Below are positions 1 to 13,210 of a DNA stretch of 64,000 nucleotides, piece by piece. The notes beneath the pieces are model-generated. The model was not told the origin of the DNA. It worked only from the letters and a program-made list of their open reading frames with translations, and made no database searches. Where the stretch lies: the NCBI GenBank assembly GCA_030390025.1, contig CM059431.1:109060001-109124000 (forward strand), in the 5' to 3' direction. Made by a program: the position numbers and the translations under genes. The stretch is from Squalus acanthias. Taxonomy: Eukaryota. Position 1 is the first letter of the stretch. Each line of letters begins with the position of its first letter.

Positions 1-35
1 CCTTCCATGGTTAAACTGCCTGTTGAGACTCATAG

Positions 36-510
36 GCCCGGATATTAACTTGGAGGCGGGGAGGGAGCGGGGGTGCTGTTTTGCGGTCAGGAAACCCGGA
101 AGAACAGGTTCCCCCAGGCCCTGCCGATTTTAACGGACGGGGCCTGATCAATATTTTTTGTCTCTGGTTCCCGGCAGTAGCCAGCCAGATTGAGGGGCTG
201 GCTGGCTGGCTGTCGGGTGGGTAGGCCTTTGGAACCAGGCCACAGCTGGTGAGTGGAGAGGATGGAAGGAGAGATCGTGGGTTGGGGGGGGCCGTAGATC
301 AAGGATTGGAGGCCGTAGATCAATCAGAGGGTCGGGGTGGGCGGAGACCGGAGACACATCGGGGTGGGGTGGGGCGAAGGAATCAGAGGCTCGGGAAGGT
401 GGGGGAAAAGAGATTGGAAGGGTTGGGTCGGTGGGAGATCGTGGCTTGGGGGATAAGCACTACCTGCTGTATCCAGCAGTCCGCGCCTCCCTTTAGCTGC
501 CGGGCTTCAT
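36..510. mobile_element. Harbinger-type MITE fragment (left end)
   Basis: Begins GGCCCGGATATT, like the TIRs of other MITEs here; GC-rich body; no right TIR identified. Confidence 0.45.
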
Positions 511-1026
511 GAACATTCACAAACGAACAATTACTCATTTAGTGTAACTGTTCATTTTGTCATAGCCCTGAAACGTGACTAGAGTTTGCATAGATAACTA
601 TTTGTTGTTGATTTTACCCCTCGTCTCTCCCACGTGTCCTGCCTATTGCTTGTGTCTGACCAGTTTGGTAAGGTATAACAAGCATGAAATTCACAGCTGA
701 CACGTGGTAACCGTAACATGAGATATCAGCTTTCAGGAGCTCGCACACAGCTGCAAAACTGTGTCCAACGTATCAATCAGATCACGACAAACGAGCTTCC
801 TCAACGGCCCAACCCCAGCGCCACACAATATTGTCATGTGTCATGCAGACCAGTTGGGTGAAGGGTCAGATTGGTTGTAGCGCCACCTACGTCAAATGCT
901 CTGCCAACACTGACTGCCTAGGCATGCATATCAAGAATGGTCACTTCAGCGAGCTATCAAAGTGTGTTTGGTATCCATAAATCCTGTATCTTGGCATTAG
1001 TGTCCTCAGGAGATTTATTTATTTAT

Positions 1027-1433
1027 TCTCAGGATGTTGGTGTCGCTGGCAAGGCCAGCATTTATTGCCCATCGCTAGTTGCCCTTGAGAAGGTGGTGGT
1101 GAGCCACCTTCTTGAACCGCTGCAGTCCGTGAGGTGAAGGTACGCCCATAGTGCTATTAGAGAGGGAGTTCCAGGATTTTGACCCAGCAACGATGAAGGA
1201 ACGGCAATATATCTCCAAGTCAGGATGGTGTGTGACTTGGAGGAGAACTTCACTTGGAGGTGGTGGTGTTCCCATGCCCCTGCTGCCCTTGTCCTTCTAG
1301 GTGGTAGAGGTCGCGGGTTTGGGAGGTGCTGTCAAAGAAGCCTTGGCAAGTTGCTGCAGTGCATCTTGTAGATGGTACACACTGCAGACACGGTGCGCCG
1401 GTGGTGGAGGGAGTGAATGTTTAAGGTGGTGGA
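1027..1433 (-). mobile_element. Non-LTR retrotransposon 3' fragment (CR1/L2-group, family C)
   Basis: Reverse complement matches 2750-3150: HSL..RCTVAAVCTIYKMHCSN-type coding remnant and tail GGGCAATAAATGCTGGCCTTGCCAG. Confidence 0.85.
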
Positions 1434-2612
1434 GAGTGAAAAAAAGAGGGGAAGTTGTCAACAACTCTTCAAAACTGGAAAGAGGAGAGGGGGAATGAAA
1501 CCGGACATCCAGCCATATCATCACAAAGCTACCATTTTCATCAACATCAGTACTAGGCACTGTTGTTCCAAAGCAACTTTTATTTTGATTTCAGGTCTGC
1601 ACTAGTTATCCACTTGGGTTCATTACCACCTATTCTCTCCCGTAAGTGGATCCCAAGTCGCCTATGAGGAGGAGTTAACTTTATTGCCAAATATCTAGTC
1701 ATACGATGACAATGAATCCCCTTATGTGAACTGGATACTGTAATCTTGCAGCCTGCCCTCACATGCAATTCTCCCATCTTCTGAGGTAGACTGATGCATA
1801 CTTAGTGACACAAGGCTAATTGTAAATCACATAATGTGAACACACAGGAATAACATTTACAGTGAATTTTAATTTATTTCATAATGCTCCTTGTAACAGT
1901 GAAACCAAAGCATGTCACAGTATCCCAGTTAACAAACTGAGTACATTTTTCTGACTCGCTATTCTCTGAAACTAGCAGGCCTGTCAACTTAAGAAGGGAG
2001 TTATCGCCCTCTGCGTATCTGGCTTCCATTCCAGGTTTCTCGCAACTGTGCGTCAGCTTGTCCCAGCTGGACTGGAAGCCAGAGACTTCATCTCTGGCCC
2101 TCCCCCAGCTATCTGTGTCTGGAGGTTGACCAGTCAAACTGTCATCAGCTACCGCCCTCCTCAGTGAGGGCCTACCTTGGAGAAATCCCCCACCCCCCGG
2201 CTGAACTCATGTGAACAAAGCCAATCTTACCAATTTCTTGGCTGAATTCGTTAATGAACCTCAATTGTCTCAATCTGATGTGGAGGAAATTGCTGATAGT
2301 TTGATTGGCAGCTCAACCACACTGTGCCCGGGAAGAGGGCTAAGATCTGAAAATAGACTGAAGAAATTGCAGGCATGGGCTTACATTCTGCCATCTTCTT
2401 GTGTATCATGTTGGAGCACTGTATAATGACCAGTGTAAGACAACAACCAGCACAAGCAACATAATGCAGCTAGAACAATGTAATGCCGGGTACCAAACAT
2501 AATGCTATCATCTGACGAGTGTAGAAGAAACTAGTCATGTGGAGATTAATCGTCTGAGTGCAACAATTTCTTTGGGTATAACACACAATTTCTTTGTTTC
2601 ACCTCCTGATTC

Positions 2613-3150
2613 CCTTTCCACCATCTACAAGGCATAAGTAAGGAGTGTAATGGAATACTCTCCACTTGCCTGGATGAGTGCAGCTCCAACAACACTCAAG
2701 AAGCTCGACACCATCCAGGACAAAGCAGCCCACTTGATTAGCACCCCATCCACCACCTTAAACATTCACTCCCTCCACCACCGGTGTACCGTGGCTGCAG
2801 TGTGTACCATCTACAAGATGCACTGCAGTAACTCGCCAAGGCATCTTCGGCAGCACCTCCCAAACCCACAACCTCTTCCACCTAGAAGGACAAGGGCAGC
2901 AGACGCATGGGAACAGCACCACCTCCCAAGTTCCCCTCCAAGTCACACACCATCCTGACTTGGAAATATATCGCCGTTCCTTCATCATCGCTGTGTCAAA
3001 ATCCTGGAACTCCCTACCTAACAGCACTGTGGGAGTACCTTCACCACACGGACTGCAGCGGTTCAAGAAGGCGGCTCACCACCACCTTCTCAAGGGCAAC
3101 TAGGGATGGGCAATAAATGCTGGCCTTGCCAGTGGCGCCCACATCCCATA
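2613..3150 (+). mobile_element. Non-LTR retrotransposon 3' fragment (ORF2 C-terminus plus 3' UTR, family C)
   Basis: Peptide YKA*VRSVMEYSPLAWMSAAPTTLKKLDTIQDKAA resembles the post-RT region of CR1/L2-group LINEs; three copies in the window. Confidence 0.85.
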
Positions 3151-4115
3151 AAACGAATTTTAGAAAACCATCAATAGCACAGGTGCAAAACAGATTCAAC
3201 CCCATCGGAAGATCTAAAATCTCTGGGGGAAGGTTTCGACTGTTCACTATTTGCTATAGTTAGTGAACAGCGGAAATCTTCTCCCCTGTGTGTTGCCAGT
3301 GAGCTGCAGGTGCCAGACAGGTGCCAAATGGGCACGTCACTGCAACTTGCTGGTGGGGGCGGGTAGCAATTCGACCAGCTCTCAATTTCGCGTTCGGGTT
3401 CCTACAGCCAGTGCAGGATCCGATTTGCCTATTTAAGGAGCCTTATGCCTATTTCAGGCGGAAGCCTTGGACGACTAAAAGCCACCTCAACCAATATGGT
3501 GTCCAGCAAACTTCCGGTCCCGATCAGGCATGACAGATCATGATGAGAAACTCAGAGGCTTAACAGCCTATTTACAAGCACAAAACAGGAGGACTTAATT
3601 TGAATTTCTCCCCAATGGTGATTTATTGCAGCTAATAGGATGAAAATTATAGATCTGGCTATGGCTTTGCCAATTTGTGCATTTTATACATAATGAATTT
3701 GAAGCTCTTATGTTAAGGGTTAATTAGGCCAACCCTGTTATTTGCATTAGGTCAATAAAATTGACAAAATCAAATGTGTACCCAGCACAACTGACTGGCA
3801 CTGGCTGTAACACCAACATCTAGGAACTTGCTTGAAATTTGCATACATTTCTACATCAGGTTTTCATACAAGGCTCGACTGTACTTGAAACATTCCTTTC
3901 TTTATAAGTAATTGGCCATGGTTTCAAAATCTGGTTTTTTTATGCTTTAAAAGAAATGACTAAATAAACATTTTGTCCTAATTAATTTGTAGATGTATTG
4001 CGGGTGAAATTCAACATTGGCAGGGGCGCAAAATGGGTGCTAGTGGATCGGCCGCCCATTATACAAGCTGCCTGATTGTCCTTTCCATTGATCTCAATGG
4101 AAAGGACAAGAAAAG

Positions 4116-4570
4116 GAAAGAAAGAAAAAGGGACCTGCATTTATATAGCGCCTTTCACGACCTCAGGACGTTCAAAAATGCTTTGCAGCCAATGTAGTAC
4201 TTTTGAAGGGTAGTCACTGCTGTAATGTAGGAAATGAAGCAATCAATTTGCGCACAGCAAGGTCCCACATACAGCAATGTGATAATGACCAGATAATCTT
4301 GTTTTAATGAAGGTGCTGGAGGGATAAATATTGGCCAGGACACCAGGGAGAACTCCCCCGCTCTTCTTCGAAATTGTGACATGGGAACTTTTACGTCCAC
4401 TTGAGAGAACAGATGGGCCCTTGATTTAATGTCTCATCCGAAAGCTGGCACCTCTGACAGTGCGGCACTCCCTGAGCATTGCACTGCAGTGTCAACATAA
4501 ATTATGGGCTCAAGTCTCTGGAGTGGGACTTGAACCCACAACCTTCTGACTCAGAGGCCAAAGCTGACAC
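4116..4570 (-). mobile_element. DeuSINE (SacSINE1-like) tRNA-derived SINE, head partly deleted
   Basis: B-box GGTTCAAGTCC, Deu-domain-like core and L2-like tail GGCGCTATATAAATGCA; near-identical to the other copies. Confidence 0.85.
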
Positions 4571-5419
4571 CTTTAAAATATTTTTTAAATGACGATTAAA
4601 ATAGGGGGTCGCCATGTTGAATGGGTGACTGATTCAGTGGGCATTGCTATATCACTTTGGTTGTTGCTACCCTTTCTTTTGTTGATATATATAATAATTT
4701 TCTCAGTTTAAATTAAGTATATTTAATGTCAAAAATATTAGCTCAGAAAACATTCTTGAATCCACATTACATATTCAAGTAATACTAATAATTCCACAAA
4801 ATCAGAGAGAGTGGAACTTGGCTTGTCGGAATCCAGGTTTGGATCAGGTATGTGTTTACAACAATCGAGTGTATACTAGACTACAGATCACTTTCACGAA
4901 CCTTCAGAGCAAGGGCGTCCTTGATTTCAAGGTTAACTTAAAGCTGTTTTTTTTTTTAATTCAGTTACTCCATGGCACCCTCCATCATCAAACAAATTTA
5001 ATCATCGCAGGCATGTGGGAGGAAGAAGGGAAGAAAGAGAAAGCAAGAGGATTTCAAGAGCCATTTTATGAAATAGTAATAAATGGCAGTATTAAAGAGC
5101 AGCAGATTTTATAGCCTAGATTTTCTGATCAGCTTTATTTTAACACGAGTGAAATGGGTTACTGCTGATGCTAAAATAATGGCAATCGGACACTCTAGGC
5201 CTATTTTTCCAGTAACAGCTGTTCTCAACAGATGGGACGATCTTAGTGCAGAAGCAATAGTATAGGCAGACCGTAAAGAACGAGACAATAAGCAGTATGC
5301 AAACAACTCCACTAGAAATTGGATTTTTTTACAACTTCTATATAAAAAAAATAAAGTTAAAGACTATTTTTCTACCTACTTTTTAATAGCCCAATAAACA
5401 GCCTATAAAAAAAAATATT

Positions 5420-6170
5420 GTCCCGGATTTTGCGGTCAGCGGCGAAGTGATGGCGCTCGCCGCTGACCTCAAAGAAAGCTGCCGACCAAGATCTAGCGAT
5501 CTCTGTGGCGTGGATTTCACATCTCCCGACATTAATTTCATTCTGGCGCCACCTATAGGAGATCTCCAGCAACAGTGAAGTCATCAAGCTGGCTAAGCAG
5601 CCAATCATATTGAAGAATTCTCACAAGACAGCAAACCAGGAAGTAAAATGCACTGATTTTCCTTCACTTTTTAATAATTTTACAGCGCATGAAATGAAGA
5701 TTGGGACATACACATGGGATTAAGGTAGAGCTAAAATATGATTTAAAAAAACTTTAAAAAAATAAATTACCTTAAAAACCATGGAATTTTTATCATAATG
5801 GAAAAGTTTGACATTCCACAAATATAAAATTTGTTTTTCAGGGCCAGAATGGCTGCTCAGCATTAATTATGACTCAGTGCGCCGTTAAAATCCCAATTAC
5901 ACCTCATTCAACATGGCTTAACTTTTTCGGTGCTTTTTAACAGCGATATTAAAGCGGAAAAGGAAAAGTTTTCGTCAGTTCAGTGATTTCAATTGATTGC
6001 TGGCTCCGGGGAGTTCCCCTGTGGTGGAGCAGGGAATGACCGACAGCAACTTCTGGATTTCCACGTTTATCTGCGCATGTGCATACGCCAGAAGTTGCTG
6101 TCAGTTTTACAGTTGTAATGACGGCGAACGCTGACAGTTTTGCCGTCATTACAACCGCAAATTCCGGGCC
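5420..6170. mobile_element. Harbinger-type MITE, family B
   Basis: TIRs GTCCCGGATTTTGCGGT / ACCGCAAATTCCGGGCC; ATT on both sides (5417-5419, 6171-6173); homologous to 28434-29173. Confidence 0.8.
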
Positions 6171-6956
6171 ATTAGAAATGCAACTTTCAAAAAAATATGG
6201 CTAAATATATCACGCAATAAAGTACAATTTGGACACCACTGACATCAATAAATACATAACCAGCTGCACATGATAGTGAGGATAATTTTTTAAGCTTTCT
6301 ACCTGGGTGGTAATCTGGCAAAACGGATCTGCTAATTGATCACAATATCATTTTTACTGAAGCTTTCTGACTTTCATGTTTTTATTAAGGTTTGGGGTGT
6401 TTATTTTTTTTTAGTGATTTTTCAGTTTCACCAAATTCTGTGGGTTTTTTTTTTCCATTTTTTGCCAAAATGAAAAAATAAAGAGTAAAATTGGGTCGAA
6501 GTGGGGACACTGCATTCATTCAACAACCGAAACAGATGAGTGATGAACCTCTCGGTCTCTACTTTGCTAGCCGGAAAGTGCAGGTATTAATCAGACCAAT
6601 GGCCATACAAGCTTAGGAGCGACTGTTTGCGGAAAGAGGAACGTGAAGTATTTGTAGGCTGGTGTCCCAAACCTCCTGGCTGTAGAGAGCTCCTGGTGAG
6701 AACATGTTTTATTGCATGACTCATCTGACTTTATTGGGATTCCATATTAACTAATGGGCTATGTGACTCCCTGTCTTGGTCATTAATGCTCAATAGCCAG
6801 TCCATGGGATATGGCAAGGAGCGCAGACTAGCCCGACACCCTCCATCTAGGAAAGCCCTGCCTAATGACCTTTAGAATGGAGACATATGTCATAGTGCTC
6901 CGTGGTACGCTGCCCAACCCGGCAGCTCCTATGAGTCTTACATTGGTGAATATATC

Positions 6957-7277
6957 CCTATGTCTGTCACCTGCTCCAGCCCTACAACCCTCAAGGATCT
7001 CGGAGTTCCTCCAATTCTGGCCTCTTGTGCATCGCCGATTTTAATCGCTCCACCATTGGTGGCTATGCCTTCAGCTGCCTGGGCCCTAAGCACTGGAATT
7101 CCCTCCCTAAACCTCTCTGCCTCTTTACCTCTCTTTCCTCCTTTAAGACGCTCCTTAAAACCTACCTCTTTGACCAAGCTTTTGGTTATCTGCCCCGATA
7201 TCTTCTTATGTGGCTCGGTGTCAATTTTTGTTTTACTATATTAAAGGCGCTATATAAATACAAGGTGTTGTTGTTGT
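6957..7277 (+). mobile_element. L2-clade LINE 3' end
   Basis: Peptide GGYAFSCLGPKHWNSLPKPL...FKTLLKTYLFDQAF, then GGCGCTATATAAAT and a (TTG)n tail. Confidence 0.85.
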
Positions 7278-8162
7278 TTCTGAATATGGTATATGATACT
7301 CAATAGTTGACTAGAGCATATCTGGACCACAAACCAAAAACGAGATTTCAGCCAGTTGAAGCTCGTATAATTTCTGATTTCACTTGCAATTGTTTAAATG
7401 ATGGAGTTTGTATTTTATTCATTGAGACTTCAGCAATAATGCCATTGCCTTAAGAGTCAATGGATTAGCTACTTATGTTTGGGTTAGCTACAAATCTGTG
7501 CCATTTGTATGTGTCTCGTCTCCTTAATACAAATGACTTGCTCACACAGTTCAGGTACAAACTAAACACTTCGATGTCGCTTCCTTTACTTTTTAAAATG
7601 CAACTTTTTCCCCCTCCTGGTTGGCAGCAGTGTTTCAAGCATGCAGTACAGTGCCACTTGGTCACAGTATATCTTTTACAAGACTTCTGTTCTCTTCATC
7701 CCCAGAACGGTACCGGAAATCTTTCCCTCTGCTTCATGCAATTCAAACAAGTCCGACAGTAAAAACTGAAATCAACCAGATGCCTCTGTGTACATTCCAA
7801 TCAAAGCCTTACAAACATGGTTACTGTCAGGGGCATAGTAAAAACCCAACAAACATTTGATTACGAAGGGAGTCAAAATAAGCAGGCTTATCTCCCTCTT
7901 CTGCTCAACTGTACTTCATTAAACTTTAATTTAATTGGTATTTCAATTGCTGAAATTAATTGCACAAATGTGAAAGAACAGCAATGCTCAGCTTCTTACT
8001 AGGAGGCCTTTTAATTCCCTGTGAAAATATTTTATTAATGGATGGCAGTCCTCGTCTTCAAAATACTGGTTGTCAAGATTTCCTTGTTTTAAATTGGCAC
8101 ATTTTAAAGAAACAGTTTAATCTGCCAACTGGTTTATCTTCAGTTGATGATGGCTATAATCT

Positions 8163-8884
8163 GAGTTAAGAATTTCCACTTTGGGCTCAATCGGAAAATT
8201 GCCCCCAAATTTGCACTAATTAGGTTAGACATCAAGTTTGCGCTAAAATTCTTTAGCATAATCACAAACGTAAAATCTTCCATGAACCAGTGCAATCGGG
8301 CAGTGTAACAGCACAATCATTTCTATTTTTTTTTCTTTCCATTAAAAAGTATTCCTTGATGTATTTCAGAGCAGTAAACTGGTGCCGTTTTATTAATACA
8401 GCTGAAAATGGGTTCATCACCAAAAAAAAAGTTTTTTTAATCAGGGGGTCCAGTCCTCCATCTGTGAATCACCCAATTTAAAATCACTGAAAATGACTTA
8501 AAAAAAAACCTACACTGAACCATTTAATAGTTTCATTGGTGTACACTCGTCTGTTTCTTAGTAAATACAATATTTTTGAATAAAACTTTTTAAAACTTGC
8601 CAACTAGTGCCTGTGTGCTTTAGAAAATGAGCACAATTTGAAGAGCCTTCTCGAACCAGCGCAATCGACGGAATCTCGCAATTTTGATCTGGGGGCGTGG
8701 TCAGTTCTGTGGGCGTAGCCTGATCCGGGTGAATCGAATCTTGCACCGCCGTAAATGATCACGGAAAACAGGAATGCAGGTGGTTTTGGGTGACACTCAC
8801 TCAAGTTTAAAATTGCGATCTTTGGCGCTGGTTCAGCCGACTCCGGCCGGATCGCGCCGATATTACTAGTGGAACCTCTACCCC
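8163..8884. mobile_element. Probable Harbinger-type MITE (degenerate left TIR)
   Basis: Right end GTGGAACCTCTACCCC; weak left match GAGTTAAGAATTTCCAC; CpG-rich right subterminal region, AT-rich centre. Confidence 0.45.
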
Positions 8885-10504
8885 ATTAAATGCTGCTGTA
8901 CTTTATATCTAACTATGTAATTGAGACGCCACTAAGTAGGAATCTGAATGAGGGCAACAAACCTAAAAAGTCCCATTAGATGAATTACATAAGCATAAGT
9001 AATGAACTGTATAAAAAGGTTGTGCTGAAAATGCAAATAACATAAGTACATACACATGTTGATTTAAAATATGTATTTGCATGGTTCAAGAGTTTTGTTA
9101 CCTTAAGAAAATAGCAACTGGATTTAATTGATTGCAAGGTGGTATAAAGTTGCAATGGTTTGGGATCAATAAAACTTAAACAAATACTCGTCACTTAGTT
9201 AGTTGTTAATTAGGGCATTTATATGGATTCAATTATTGGACTTACTCTTGTTTAAGATTCTGAGTAAAGTATAAACTGGTTGACTCCACATAACAGAGGC
9301 TTGTGAATTTACTGATGTGTTACAAATTAAACCTGCGCTGCTCCGAGTCCATTACACCTCGGATGTAATGATGAGCTGATTAATTGATGATTGACCATGC
9401 ACAGCTATTGACTTGAAATTTTAATTAATCGGAAGCACAATAATCAGACTGTGCTTGCTGAAAGCTAATTCTGATAGATAAAAGGAGTGTGTAGTTTGAA
9501 GAAAAACATTCCCCCCCGACCCCCGGCCCCCAGTTTCTCCCCTCCTCACCTGAGCAGAGGTACTTCAGTACTTCACCTAGGGAGTCAATCGTCAGGTGTG
9601 ACTCTACACCGTGTTTATTAACAGACTATGAGACATCACAGCCAAAGCTGACATCCATCTTCTGGCAGAATTCATTGGCTAATAGGATAGGAACCCTAGC
9701 TGATTGATCTCCATCTGACCACAGGCTCTCACCTGGGTGCTCGGAGCTCAGTTGTTGCCGTCTTTAATGGAGAGGATTAGCTCAGGCAACACTGATTATT
9801 GAAACTGGAAGCTTTCTGGCCTTTGAGGCTGCATCAGATGATGGATTCACAAGCCAAACCACCAGGAAAACCGACCAAAAGATCTTGTCTGAAAAGTCTA
9901 TCCAGCTCAATATCAAGGGCAGCTGTATGGGATGATAGACTTCCCCAGTATTTTTGAGCAATTTCAAAGGTGAAACCTTCAGAGGAAAAGTCTAAGTTCC
10001 CTTAAATTACAAACAATTCCTTTATTCAGGGGAAAAGAACATCAGTTGTTATGCCTCTGTTAATACTGCACTAAAACCACGTGCTGGGAGGCGCATTCAT
10101 TTCTGGCCTGATCTCACCATGTGTGTTCTCGTTCCACCTTCGATTGGAGAGACACGTGGGCCTGAATATCCAGTTCAGAGCACAAGGGGGTACCATTGTT
10201 ACACCCCTGGGTTGCACTATTGTAGATATTGGGCAGTGTGAATGTACTCTAGCATGTAAGGCGTGTGGGATCCACTTACGAGAGCAGTTGACATCATGAG
10301 CCCAAGAAAGTATCTATGGCAGACCCATATTTGTAAAGGGAACCTTCCAAATTTCCATTCTTCAAGTGTGAGCCCCAACAGTGAATGTTGGCAGGCTATT
10401 CAACAGTGAGGACAACACACCTGACTGTGGTCCTGTCCTCACCCAATGTACGCACGCACGGATGCTTTATAGCACTGGTCACTGCACAACAATAAGAAGT
10501 GAGA

Positions 10505-11650
10505 CTCAGGGAACTTGGTAAAGGAGTAGGTCACTGGCCTTTCACCACTATGGGCTAAGTTCAAATCCAGCAGAAATGGAGGACATGAAAGTCTCCTCTA
10601 TCTTCTGGCTGTAAGGCTCCTATTTTAAATTAGCTTTGGCATCTCAGTGCAGTTGCTAGTGAGCATGGACCTACAACACAAGAACTATCCCAGGTTTGTG
10701 CAAATTGGCAACTCATTGGCCCAAAAATTCATCCCGGTGCGCGAGAGTACACACTGCGTACTCTCGCGTATTCCCTCTGCAATTGCCGGTTTTCTGCATG
10801 CCCTGCGCATGCGCTGAAAACCGGCAATTGCTCTTTTGAAAAGGGGGTGGTTCCTCGGTGCATCGCGTGCGCGCTACAGGCTGCGCGCACGCTGTGCACT
10901 TCATGCTTTGGACGCGCAGGTAAGTACTGAAGATTTTAGAAATGTAAAAAGGAGGAGTAAGACCCACTTTTAACAAGGTAAGTAGTGAATTAAGTATTTT
11001 TTTGAATTTTTTTTTACAGGTGTATCTTTTTTAGAGACTTTAAAGACAGGTAAGTTTATTTTTATAACTTTTTAAAAGATTTTAAATTTTTTCAAAAATT
11101 TAATTTTTTATTTAAAATGGTTAATTTATTTAACTATACTTATTTTATTAATGTGATGGTTTGTTTTTTAAATTTAATTGAGGTTTAGCTGTTATTTTGG
11201 GGGGGTGTAAGATTCATAGATTTCACAGCCTGTGCTGTGAAACTTATGAATGGAAGATGGTGTGCTGCCATTGGCTCTAACTGAGTCACGTGATCCCACA
11301 GCTCGCACGAATTCACTACGCCGGTGGGATACGCAAGCACTGCCCGGCTGATGTCTAGAACATCAAGTTCGTGCGAGCTGGATCTGAAAAAGCACAAGCG
11401 AGGTGAGAGATCGCGGGGAAGGCTTACCCCCGCGGGAACAGAGCGAGATCAATTTCTGGGCCATTGTCTATCTCACTCAGTGAGGATAGAAGATGCTTGT
11501 GTGAATGGGTAAAAATGTCATATTGATGCAGTAGAGGTGCTCTTCTAAGATTAGGAGGGAGCAAAAGGAGCTTTACCCTGCAGCTGGCTGTGACTTGGTT
11601 GGTTGATACTCACTTTGGGTGGGTGTTTGAAATTAGAAGAGTTTATTCCC
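10505..11650 (+). mobile_element. LF-SINE-like element split by a MITE
   Basis: 10529-10714 (GCCTTTCACCAC..GTTCAAATCCAGC..TCTCAGTGCAGTTGCTAGTG..AATTGGCA) is colinear with the LF-SINE consensus as I recall it; weaker similarity continues after 11463. Confidence 0.6.
10718..11462. mobile_element. Harbinger-type MITE (related to family B)
   Basis: TIRs GGCCCAAAAATT / AATTTCTGGGCC; exact ATT TSD (10715-10717, 11463-11465). Confidence 0.8.
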
Positions 11651-11888
11651 CAGTACTTCCACTTGATGAACACAAAAAATTAATTGGGAGAAAAAAAAAA
11701 AGAGGTTTGACCCTGACCTAATTTTCCTCTCCTCAGACCACAGTCAATTATATAGACCATCAGGCAAAAGTATACATGCTCATCTGGGGTGCACAAAAGT
11801 TAAAAACAAATGTATTTATGAGTGAAATAATTGGAAGTTGTTTAATGGAAATGAATACATGATAAACAGACTATTATTATTATGAACA

Positions 11889-12363
11889 GTGTCAGCTGTG
11901 GCTCAGTTGGTAGCACCCTCGCCTCAGTCTGAAAGTTGTGGGTTAAAATCCCACTCCAGGGACTTGAGCACAAAAAAAAATCTGGGCTGACACTGCAGTG
12001 CAGTGCTGAGGGAGCGCTGCACTGTCGGAGGTGCTGTCTTTCAGATGAGACGTTAAACCGAGGCCCCGTCTGCTCCCTCAGGTGGACATAAAAGAGCCCA
12101 TGGCACTATTTCGAAGAAGAACAGGGGAGTTTTCCCCGGTGTCCTGGCCAATATTTATCCCTCAATCAACATAACAAAAACAGATTATCTGGTCATCATC
12201 ACATTGCTGTTTGTGGGAGCTTGCTGTGCGCAAATTTGCTGCCGCGTTTCCCACATTACAACAGTTACTGCACTCCAAAAAAGTACTTCATTGGCTGTAA
12301 AGCGCTTTGAGACGTCCGGTGGTTGTGAAAGGCGCTATATAAATGCAAGTCAGTCTGTCTTTC
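11889..12363 (+). mobile_element. DeuSINE (SacSINE1-like), full length
   Basis: A-box TGGCTCAGTTGG, B-box-like motif, Deu core, L2-like tail. Confidence 0.9.
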
Positions 12364-13210
12364 TATTTACACCACACCAGCAAACACAGACGTGCCTGGT
12401 GTCAATGTGTTTATCACAGAATTTGCAAAGTATGCCTGAGTCAATATTCCCTCTACTTTTTTTTGGGTGCGCGGCCCGTTCAAATATTCGCGCACGTGCA
12501 TTTTTTATCCCATTTAAAAGCCAGTGAGCGGTCTGCGCAGGACCTCGAGACCGCTGCTCGGCCGCGTGGCCGCACAGCTCAACAGGAATATTGGTCGCAG
12601 TGTGACTAAGTTATCAAAGCTCGAGGTGACGAACCAATGTTGGAACAATAGTAATACTGCGCATCATTAACACAGTTATGAAACCCCTTATATATACACA
12701 CTCATGAAGAATACTGGTTTCCTTGAATTCTAATTATTGCTTCCTGAACGTAAGGGGACTGTCAATTTTAAACATAAATCATTATTTCTTACATTATGTT
12801 CTTGTAATTACATTATTTCCAACTTACTGATCTAATGGCAATAATGAATGATAAGGCATCTGTACATTTGCATTTTTTTTAAGCTAACCAGCAATTTGTT
12901 TGTGCTTGGAGTCTCTTCGTGCCAAACTAATCATTGCCGTGGTTAAAAAGAAACTAATTCTACATGCCTCGTCATTCATTATTGCTCAAGAACATTGGCA
13001 TACTTCAATGATACTTTAACATCAGTGTTGAGGGAAGTTGCTATAAACGCATCGATCTTATTTCGGGTTGACACTGTACTGCATTGGGCCAACATTTTAG
13101 TTCTGCAAAAACATCAAATGGTAATTATTCATCAGTCAGCGCCAGCACCAAAGCAAAGTGTAACTTTTTGCCATCTCTCATTTCATGTCAGAGAAGCTGA
13201 AAAGGTTGAC

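Noticed and set aside
11889..11960. tRNA gene
   Set aside because: The A/B boxes are the head of a SINE continuing into the Deu domain; the same holds for the other copies.
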